DNA from: a virus
Lineage: Duplodnaviria; Caudoviricetes
Virus record (IMG/VR): IMGVR_UViG_3300002446_000155
Span: 1 to 50,437 of that record
Reading direction: 5' to 3' (one strand)
Length of the DNA stretch: 50,437 nt
Part shown: one piece after another, positions 43,656-50,437 of the stretch
Numbering within the stretch: position 1 is the stretch's first letter
How the letters are laid out: each line of letters begins with the position of its first letter
The notes under the pieces: generated by a model
The model's database searches: none
What the model was told of the DNA's origin: nothing
The model's input: only the letters and a program-made list of their open reading frames with translations
Translations under genes and position numbers: made by a program

Positions 43656-44115
43656 AGAATGCTCCTTCAATCAGGTCTGCTACTGTTACGTCGTACGCTT
43701 CCGCAAGGTCGATCACCTGAAGCAGGGTAGGCAAATGCTTTCCCTTCTCCCACGAAGCCAGCGTGCTGGTGGCGACTCCAATCTCGTGTGCGGCGTCGGC
43801 CAGTGGTATTTCCTCGAGGACACGGTAGCCCTTCAGGCTCTCGCCGAACTTCACAGCGTCGAATCGATCCGCGGTCCCGAAGACCGGAAGTGTGTCCGTC
43901 GACGGCCGCTGCTTCGACAGGGCGTCCGCGAAGTCCTGAATATCGAGCCCGAGGGCCTCCGCGATACGCATAGTCTTCACGATGTCCGGAACCGACTCGT
44001 CCTTCTCATACATACGGAGTGTGGAGTCCGGGCAGCCGCTCGCAGCGGAGAGTTTGCCCTGGGTCATGTTGATGTGCTTACGCTGTTCTACGATGTAGGT
44101 TCCGAGGGTGGTCAT
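43648..44115 (-). CDS. tandem double XRE-HTH transcriptional regulator
   Basis: two XRE domains (MTQGKLS...YEKDESVP..IAEALG; AAHEIGV...WEKGKHLP..LAEAY); AAGGA RBS. Confidence 0.85.
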   Translation of the reverse strand: MTTLGTYIVEQRKHINMTQGKLSAASGCPDSTLRMYEKDESVPDIVKTMRIAEALGLDIQDFADALSKQRPSTDTLPVFGTADRFDAVKFGESLKGYRVLEEIPLADAAHEIGVATSTLASWEKGKHLPTLLQVIDLAEAYDVTVADLIEGAFYE

Positions 44116-44456
44116 ACTACTTCCTTTTCGTCGATGATGACAGTTCCAAAGTATTTCGATTCGCCACATGAAAAACACTTCACGAGGTGGGAGTCAACAT
44201 ATCCACAGCTCTGACAGAAGTCCAGCTCTTTTTTCGACTTGGTGACGAATTGGTACAGCGCGCCCAACACCGCCTTCTCGTAGCGGTTGAATTTGGGCTG
44301 CGAGATGTGCTCCGGGAGCAAGGTGATGCCTCCCATTTTGACATCGTTGCCGACCTTGTGGATGACCTGTGCCTCGATCAGACCATCGGATTCGTAGTCG
44401 GAGGAGACTGCTTCAACAGTATGGTAGCCGAAGGCTTTTGTGATTGTGACTTGCAT
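44112..44456 (-). CDS. hypothetical protein with C-terminal zinc ribbon
   Basis: CQSCG...CFSCG. Confidence 0.6.
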   Translation of the reverse strand: MQVTITKAFGYHTVEAVSSDYESDGLIEAQVIHKVGNDVKMGGITLLPEHISQPKFNRYEKAVLGALYQFVTKSKKELDFCQSCGYVDSHLVKCFSCGESKYFGTVIIDEKEVV

Positions 44457-44857
44457 TAGTTCTTACCTGCGTTGAGCGCCTGAAGCGCGAGTTTCTGAAG
44501 TTCGTTTTTGACAAATGCCACGTTTCTGTACTCGAGTCCACCGCCAAGTACGCCCCATGGCATTTCAGGCACGAAGTCGTTGCTGTGGGCACAATCGAAT
44601 CCGACCCAAAATTGGTTCGGATCTTCATCTACGAGCCAGCCCGAGAACGTGATTCCTCCATGTACCTCCACGCCGATAGTGTTCAACTTCCAGAACCCCT
44701 TCTGCCAGGGACCGTCTGCCGACCGCCAGGGATGATCCTCCGGGATGGCGAGGTAGCCGCATAGATGACCGTAGGATTGACGAAACACTCGACAACGGAA
44801 ACCATGGAACTCAAATGTGAGGTCGTCTGGCTCGGTTTCCCATTCTGGTAGACACAT
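44456..44857 (-). CDS. phage hypothetical protein
   Basis: GHLCGY..IP..HPW, VHGGITF, WVGFDCAH.D motifs; AAGGAG RBS. Confidence 0.75.
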   Translation of the reverse strand: MCLPEWETEPDDLTFEFHGFRCRVFRQSYGHLCGYLAIPEDHPWRSADGPWQKGFWKLNTIGVEVHGGITFSGWLVDEDPNQFWVGFDCAHSNDFVPEMPWGVLGGGLEYRNVAFVKNELQKLALQALNAGKN

Positions 44858-44873
44858 ATGCTCTCCTTTATCG

Positions 44874-47348
44874 TTAGAGTTTGAACACATACTCAGAGTG
44901 TTCTTCTGTTGTTCGGGCATCTTCGCGCTCTCTTGCACAGTTGTCAATAATAAAATCGTATTCTGCCAAAGCTCTGTCTTTTGCCGCTTCCGCAATGACC
45001 GAGGCGGGGATCTGCCAGTACATGCGCTGGGTGCGCTGGGCCCCATAAGTGTCCACATCTAGACGACGTGTCTCTCCTCCTGAGAGCGAGCGAAGCGCCT
45101 TCATACGTCCATTACTCAAGGGCACACGGTCACCCGGCATCAACTGCTCCCATTCGGCCGCCAGTGCCGGGTTATTGATGAAGACGTGATTGTCGAACCA
45201 GCGCACGGACTCCCACTGACGTCCTGAGAGGATAGCTGACACAGCCGCATCGATGATCAGTCCTGCCGATCCCACCGTACTTGGCAGGTGTTTGATGAGC
45301 GGGCTGTCCCATCCCTCTACAAGGAAGCGTGAGCCCGGAGTGAACTCGCGGTGCTGTGCGAGCCACAGGATGTGTCGGGCGATCAGGCCGTCCGATCTCC
45401 AGCGATCCGCCATACTGCGCGCTGAGGGAGCTCCCCTCTTCTTCGCTAGGTCGATGAGGTACTTCTCGCCACCAGGACCCACCTTCACGTATCCAAGGCG
45501 CAGACGGAGCGCGTCGATGTCGTTCGGGTCGAGATCCTCCCGGAACGTGAGAGCCTCAGAATTGTTCGCTGTGATGATGATCCGAGGATACCCCTCGACG
45601 ATGGCCGCCGAACGATGCTTCAGGTTCACGCGGAAGCTCGAGTTTCCTACCATCCGGCGGAAGACGCTCGAGTCCTGCTGCTTCCCATGAGGGACTTTCT
45701 CGTCGGCATACACCAGGGGACTTTGTGTGAGCGTTTCGTTGAAGTCCTCGAGGAGCTCCTCGTAAGGCACAGTGCGACATTCCCGTGACCACAGGCGTGC
45801 GAGGCCATACGTGAGCAGGCCCTTACCTACCGACCGAGGCCCGTCGATGTACAGGGCGCATACAGGCATGTCGAGCTGAGGGAGCGCAGCCAGCCAGTCC
45901 ATGACCGACTCATAGTACTCTGAATCCACACCGAAGAGTGCCTCGAGCCACCCCTGAATATCGGGATCGTACTTCGGAGTGAGCGCCGCGTCTGGACGAC
46001 AAACAGGCACATACATTGTCTCCGTGTTGGGATCGAAGCCGCCCTGCTCTGGGATGTACGTGTAGACCAGACGGTTCGCCTTCGTACTGTGCGCACGCAT
46101 GATCTCTGCGAACGAAGAATACCAGTCGCTCAGGAGAGTAGGACAGAGCTGGTCTGCCGTTGTGAGCACCTGATGCTGATGGGAGCAGCCCGACGCATAA
46201 CGCTCGCGACCTTCATCCCACACGAACTGCTCGGAGCCCAGGTCGACGATGAGCCGACGAGCCACATCATGCACAGGCACATTCATAGCCTTCGCTGCTC
46301 GCTGGAGTGCTGTGCGCCGCTCCTCTTTGTCGTTCGTCTGGAAGCCGTCATAGGCCGCCGCCGCCCATTCACAAATGCGCCAGACTTCCGCTTCCTGCTT
46401 GCCGAGCTTCTTCGCGGCTTTCACGATGAGACGGTAGGGGATCAGGGGATCGTTCGAGGCGTACGCGGTCACAATGCGCAGGGATGCCTCCAGGAGTGTT
46501 TTGTGCCGCTCGCCCACAAGGCAGGTCAAGGTGCCATGGTAGAGCTGGTCGGCGAGGTCGGGGGACGTCTTCGCAAGGTTCTTCAAGTCTGCCTTGGTGA
46601 TCTTGTAGTCCTCTACGTGAGTGATCGCCTCCGAGAGTGTACGAGGCGCTGCCGAGCCAATTGCCGAGGCCGTTGTCTCCTCCAGATGCTCCGGCATCCA
46701 GTGGAGTACCACACCGTCACGAAGCGCCGAGAGATCCATTGGGTACGTACGTCCACCCGCTCGAGGGGCACGGAAGAGTCGAGTCCAGTCGACGGTGCCT
46801 GAGTCCGTTGGAATGCCCATGGCCTGGAGCGCGGTGTGTGCCTGCGACAGGAAGGAGCCTGCGAGTGGTAGAGGGATAGGGCGCGCCAGTGCGTACACGA
46901 GACGGAGCCCATGTGGCGTTCGATACCACGCGCAGGCTGAGGCAAACTCCCCGGTGAGTTTGGAGAGGATCTCCTGCTCCCATCCCTCGTGAGGTGGTTC
47001 GTGATTCAGGTAATCGATGTCAATCAGAAGACACGTTAGCTTAGGGTCAGTTGAGTCCCAGGAGGAGGAGTAGTTCACCACGGCGCTGGAATGAAGTCGA
47101 GGATACGTGATGTCCTCATCGTTCGAGGGGCAGTAGCCTACAATACAGGTATCAGGATCGCGGAAGTGTGTCTCAAGCGCGGAGTAGAGCGACATACGCT
47201 CCAGGAGAGGCACCGCCTTCGTCCCAATAAATATCTCGTTGCTCGTTCGGTTGTCAACAGGGGCACCCGTCCACGCACGTACATAGAGATGGGGTACAAT
47301 GAGGACTTCAGTCTTGTGCGCTTGTGAGCTGTTTTTTTCTTCTGTCAT
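44874..47348 (-). CDS. primase-helicase (AEP-like N-terminus plus SF3/D5-like NTPase)
   Basis: LIDID and TPHGLR primase-like motifs, GERH PriCT-like segment, Walker A GPRSVGKG, ADE, ITAN. Confidence 0.85.
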   Translation of the reverse strand: MTEEKNSSQAHKTEVLIVPHLYVRAWTGAPVDNRTSNEIFIGTKAVPLLERMSLYSALETHFRDPDTCIVGYCPSNDEDITYPRLHSSAVVNYSSSWDSTDPKLTCLLIDIDYLNHEPPHEGWEQEILSKLTGEFASACAWYRTPHGLRLVYALARPIPLPLAGSFLSQAHTALQAMGIPTDSGTVDWTRLFRAPRAGGRTYPMDLSALRDGVVLHWMPEHLEETTASAIGSAAPRTLSEAITHVEDYKITKADLKNLAKTSPDLADQLYHGTLTCLVGERHKTLLEASLRIVTAYASNDPLIPYRLIVKAAKKLGKQEAEVWRICEWAAAAYDGFQTNDKEERRTALQRAAKAMNVPVHDVARRLIVDLGSEQFVWDEGRERYASGCSHQHQVLTTADQLCPTLLSDWYSSFAEIMRAHSTKANRLVYTYIPEQGGFDPNTETMYVPVCRPDAALTPKYDPDIQGWLEALFGVDSEYYESVMDWLAALPQLDMPVCALYIDGPRSVGKGLLTYGLARLWSRECRTVPYEELLEDFNETLTQSPLVYADEKVPHGKQQDSSVFRRMVGNSSFRVNLKHRSAAIVEGYPRIIITANNSEALTFREDLDPNDIDALRLRLGYVKVGPGGEKYLIDLAKKRGAPSARSMADRWRSDGLIARHILWLAQHREFTPGSRFLVEGWDSPLIKHLPSTVGSAGLIIDAAVSAILSGRQWESVRWFDNHVFINNPALAAEWEQLMPGDRVPLSNGRMKALRSLSGGETRRLDVDTYGAQRTQRMYWQIPASVIAEAAKDRALAEYDFIIDNCAREREDARTTEEHSEYVFKL

Positions 47349-47378
47349 GTAAAACTCCGTCGTTTTTCAGGGATTGTG

Positions 47379-47407
47379 AAGGTACGCCAATGTGTCGAAG
47401 GCGTCAA
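47379..47407 (-). promoter_or_regulatory. sigma70-type promoter TTGACG-17-TACCTT
   Basis: -35 at 47402-47407, -10 at 47379-47384, upstream of primase-helicase. Confidence 0.65.
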
Positions 47408-47459
47408 GTGGCATTCGCGGAAGGTTGCGACCCACGCAGAATCAAGCACTTACGTCCTC

Positions 47460-47811
47460 CGTCCGGGTTCTGTGAGCTCTGTGCTTTTTAGGCACAACGT
47501 AACGAATTCAAGTACTTAGCTCAAAATAGTCCGGGTTCTGTGAGCTCTGTGACTTTTAGAAAAAAATGAGCTCACAAGGTTTCGACTAGATTCTATGCGC
47601 CTCTCAGACCCTTTGTGAGCTTGTGAGCTCTTTTTTTAAGTTTAATATAGAGAAAAAAAATATAAAAAAAATATCCTATAGCAAATCTGGAAAAATGAGC
47701 TCACGTGCACAAGGAGCACCCCGAACCTCAAAAAACCGCGAATTCATTGAACCTCAGCCCGTGCGCCCCTGTGAGCTCCTCAAAAACGTCCAGCTCACAC
47801 AGCTCACAGAC
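47460..47811 (-). repeat. 352-bp inverted repeat, copy R (iteron-rich, AT-rich core; putative replication origin)
   Basis: reverse complement of 2185-2536; lies between divergent promoters next to the primase-helicase gene. Confidence 0.95.
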
Positions 47812-47843
47812 TCCCTCCCGACGGTGTGACGGTGAGGCCTTGC

Positions 47844-47872
47844 TTGACTTCGCAGAATCTCAATGTTATCTT
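47844..47872 (+). promoter_or_regulatory. sigma70-type promoter TTGACT-17-TATCTT with extended -10 TG
   Basis: -35 at 47844-47849, TG at 47864-47865, -10 at 47867-47872. Confidence 0.7.
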
Positions 47873-47904
47873 CTCGCGCGTAACCTGTAACGTGGAGCGA
47901 TGGA

Positions 47905-48378
47905 ATGCAGCACAACGAAGTAGTATTTTTGGGAGGGGATCGTCGTATTGACGAAGGATTCGATGGGCAGGTCGACTGGGGGTCGAGTGCCTCGGGCGTG
48001 GCGAAGCGTATCCTTCAGGTCCGAGCGATCCTGGCCGAGATCGTGGCGAGTGGGGGCATTGGTGCTATCGACTACGAGGCTGCGGGCGGCAGCGGGAGCT
48101 CGGGGCGCGTGCCCAGTACTCCAAAGGCCATCTGGGCAGTGGAGATGCTTCATATCGTCGACGCTATCTTCGTGGAGGTCTACGAGATCGTCGGCCGGGA
48201 CAACTGGCGCTCCTGGGCTCTCTATCGTCGGGGAATCGTTGGTGGAGTCGATTCTTGGAGCATTGATGCAATTGGTGAATTTTTGAACTTGACGCCTCGA
48301 ACTGTACGCTCTAAGGTGGCTCTTGTGGACGAAGAGTTCCAGAACGCAATGGTGCGTCGCCAATGGAGGCTACAATGA
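47905..48378 (+). CDS. putative transcription regulator with C-terminal sigma region 4-like HTH
   Basis: WSIDAIGEFLNLTPRTVRSKV HTH; first gene after promoter. Confidence 0.6.
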   Translation: MQHNEVVFLGGDRRIDEGFDGQVDWGSSASGVAKRILQVRAILAEIVASGGIGAIDYEAAGGSGSSGRVPSTPKAIWAVEMLHIVDAIFVEVYEIVGRDNWRSWALYRRGIVGGVDSWSIDAIGEFLNLTPRTVRSKVALVDEEFQNAMVRRQWRLQ

Positions 48379-48695
48379 CACGAGAAGAACGACGAATACT
48401 ACTACTGCTGGTGGCACGCGAAGGAGCCATCGCCTATGAGGATCGGGAGGGCGTATTCGTGCCGGCGATTCCTCTTAAGTCCTGCCCGGGCAACTGGCCA
48501 TCCATGAAGATCGCCGCGAGCATGGTGTCTAACGCCAACTCCCTCGGACTGGATATGGATGTGGTCGCCAGTATTCTCGCACAGGCACACATGCGGTACA
48601 TCACAGAAATACCCAGCCTTCTGATGTGCTGGAACGTGCCTCTTGAGGAAGGAGAGCTCCCACTCCCATGTGGCGAACAGACCAAGGAGAACTGA
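48375..48695 (+). CDS. hypothetical protein (106 aa)
   Basis: GGAGG RBS and ATGA overlap at 48375. Confidence 0.6.
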   Translation: MTREERRILLLLVAREGAIAYEDREGVFVPAIPLKSCPGNWPSMKIAASMVSNANSLGLDMDVVASILAQAHMRYITEIPSLLMCWNVPLEEGELPLPCGEQTKEN

Positions 48696-48696
48696 C

Positions 48697-49065
48697 ATGT
48701 ATGAAAAAATCGAACGAGAAGAACTAAAACTGCCAAATAGCTGCAGTGTGTGTTATCGACAAACCACCGGATTTGATACTGGCATTCAACTTATGTTTGA
48801 AGATGCGAATGAGGTGGCGTTCATAGAGGTTAAGCACTCGCGGGACGTCCAGGAACTCATCGACTTCCTTGCAGGACTCCAGAAGGGAATGGAGCGCGCC
48901 GAAACGTGTCGCATCTCTGACTTGAAACCCGGCGAGCGCTTCTACGATCGGAACGGGGACGTGTATACTCGTCTGAAGTCTGCCACCGCAACTACTTATG
49001 CGCTCGACGACAAATTTGAACTTCACCATATGGACCCTACCTTGACGGTACGGAGAGCAAAATGA
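48697..49065 (+). CDS. hypothetical protein (122 aa)
   Basis: AAGGAG RBS before MYEKIE; ISDLKPGERF motif. Confidence 0.6.
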   Translation: MYEKIEREELKLPNSCSVCYRQTTGFDTGIQLMFEDANEVAFIEVKHSRDVQELIDFLAGLQKGMERAETCRISDLKPGERFYDRNGDVYTRLKSATATTYALDDKFELHHMDPTLTVRRAK

Positions 49066-49277
49066 GAGCAGCAACCATGAATAACATGCACGAAAAAGCT
49101 CCAGGCGAGGAGAAGCGCCCCGCATGGGCCGGAGGAGATAGTCCCCGGATCGACAGTTGGTACGAGGCCTCGGACGGCCATCTTGAGGCCATCACCCGGG
49201 AGGGTAGGTGGCGCGTACGTTATGACGACAGCCGCTTCTTTGAGCAGGACCGCTGGACCGCTGTGAGGGTACCATGA
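49062..49277 (+). CDS. hypothetical protein (71 aa)
   Basis: GGAG RBS, ATGA-coupled. Confidence 0.55.
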   Translation: MRAATMNNMHEKAPGEEKRPAWAGGDSPRIDSWYEASDGHLEAITREGRWRVRYDDSRFFEQDRWTAVRVP

Positions 49278-49492
49278 AATACCTGAAACTTTGCTACACG
49301 TACGCCGATGTCAAACACAGCGAGTACCTCATTCGCAAGACGAGTGTGCGCCGCGTGGCGCTGGAATCGTGCGACAAGACACACATGGTCGTAGTACATA
49401 CCAAGTACGAGGACTACTTCTTTCACTTCGACACACGCACTGAGGCCCAGACACTCTTGGATTATGTGCGACGCAGCCTTGAGGAGGGCTAA
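49274..49492 (+). CDS. hypothetical protein (72 aa)
   Basis: GAGG RBS, ATGA-coupled. Confidence 0.55.
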   Translation: MKYLKLCYTYADVKHSEYLIRKTSVRRVALESCDKTHMVVVHTKYEDYFFHFDTRTEAQTLLDYVRRSLEEG

Positions 49493-49725
49493 TGAGTAAG
49501 TCAAAAACCGTTGTCACATCGAGCGGCTTTCCGTTTCTACCAGTGCTCACATTGGTGTTCATCGTCCTGAAGCTAACAGGGTATATCGCCTGGTCGTGGT
49601 TGTGGGTACTGTCGCCCATGCTGATACCAGTGTCCATTGCAGTTCTCATTTTCATATTACTCATCATCTGGAAGCGCCTGCTTCAGTCCCGTAAGGCCTT
49701 CAAACAAGGTTGGAGCTTCGCATGA
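49492..49725 (+). CDS. small phage membrane protein (LKL.G.I.WSW.WV.SP family)
   Basis: LTLVFIVLKLTGYIAWSWLWVLSPMLI signature, two TM helices, GGAGG RBS. Confidence 0.8.
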   Translation: MSKSKTVVTSSGFPFLPVLTLVFIVLKLTGYIAWSWLWVLSPMLIPVSIAVLIFILLIIWKRLLQSRKAFKQGWSFA

Positions 49726-50156
49726 AATTCGTAGCAAAAACACAAACGCAAGTCGTAAACCGCCGAATCGTGTTCCTTAGAGAGTCTGACGTCGTGTTGC
49801 TCAACGGGGAGCGTTTCCGGGTCAGCTTCCATCACTGGGACAAGGGCAATGCTGAGGCCCATGTGGTCGTAGTACTCACGCACGAAAATGACCCTTCGAG
49901 TGGTATGACCATCACAGCAAAGCGCGACACGAAACTTCTGGCCGAGACGCTGGGGGACGTTCGAGAGCCAATTGCCTGCCTCAAGGACGGCGACATCGTG
50001 GAGTACAACGACGAGCCGTGTGTGGTCGTGAGAGGGTACTATCAGGACCATCATGTCATCGGCCTGCGCTCCTTGAAGGTCAACTCGTGTAAGACAGTCG
50101 GACTGGATTACCTGTACAAGGTACTGGAGGTGGAGGTGGATCATGAAGAAGGGTAA
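49722..50156 (+). CDS. hypothetical protein (144 aa)
   Basis: GGAG RBS and ATGA overlap at 49722. Confidence 0.6.
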   Translation: MKFVAKTQTQVVNRRIVFLRESDVVLLNGERFRVSFHHWDKGNAEAHVVVVLTHENDPSSGMTITAKRDTKLLAETLGDVREPIACLKDGDIVEYNDEPCVVVRGYYQDHHVIGLRSLKVNSCKTVGLDYLYKVLEVEVDHEEG

Positions 50157-50437
50157 GGTGATTGTCGGATCCGGTCCGGTGCGGGTGGTACCGGGGTATG
50201 GGGGTAAGTACCTCATGCGCCAGGACAAGACCCTGTGGCGTCTCGGGCGCGGTGGGGAGTATGAGCCCTGTGCGGTGACGGACGGGCGCGTGCGCCTCTA
50301 CCATCTGGGCGAAGAGAGCCGTCGGTCGGTCGAGGTGCTCTTCCGGCTGGTGTTCCCGGACGAGCTCGGGTGGACTCGTTCTGAGATCCTGGAACATGAC
50401 CGGGGGGAGGGGGAGGGGGGTGGTCCCTCTTCGTCGC
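50143..50437 (+). CDS. NUMOD4-like protein, partial (runs off the window end)
   Basis: GGAGG RBS, ATG at 50143, VPGYGGKY....TLW..VRLY..G...SV..L...F, no stop before 50437. Confidence 0.55.
   Translation, partial: MKKGKVIVGSGPVRVVPGYGGKYLMRQDKTLWRLGRGGEYEPCAVTDGRVRLYHLGEESRRSVEVLFRLVFPDELGWTRSEILEHDRGEGEGGGPSSS

Noticed and set aside
50401-50423. G-quadruplex-like G-run at the right end
   Set aside because: Lies within the open terminal ORF at the contig edge, where sequence quality is uncertain; may simply explain the assembly break
1-50437. Terminal direct or inverted repeats at the window ends
   Set aside because: First and last bases show no match and the final ORF runs off the end, so circularity and terminus type cannot be determined from this window

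Overview
The window is a near-complete ~50 kb tailed dsDNA bacteriophage genome with a contractile-tail (myovirus-type) morphogenesis module and no recognisable integrase. The + strand from ~2.8 to 27.4 kb carries terminases, portal, head, tail, baseplate, fibre and lysis genes, with four tRNAs (fMet-like CAT, Ala-TGC, Pro-TGG, Ile-GAT) interleaved. The - strand from 27.4 to 47.3 kb carries primase-helicase, tandem-XRE regulator, dNMP kinase, PD-(D/E)XK exonuclease, C5 and N6A methyltransferases, SF2 helicase, SSB-like protein, family A DNA polymerase, RuvC-like resolvase, a metallophosphoesterase and many small ORFs. Two short arms (1-1.9 kb on -, 47.9-50.4 kb on +) are transcribed outward. 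The main unusual observations are: (1) a 352-bp iteron-rich, origin-like element present twice in inverted orientation (2185-2536 and 47460-47811) that separates both arms from the core; (2) a tandem array of three tRNA-like RNAs with canonical T-loops but remodelled anticodon/D arms, behind a candidate promoter, plus a fourth D-armless tRNA-like element; (3) a candidate ~95-nt antisense RNA gene with its own promoter and terminator inside the late operon; (4) a C5 methyltransferase with a second polypeptide nested in another frame; (5) an HNH nuclease fused to the prohead protease/scaffold. All protein calls rest on motif recognition and gene order by eye, not database searches.
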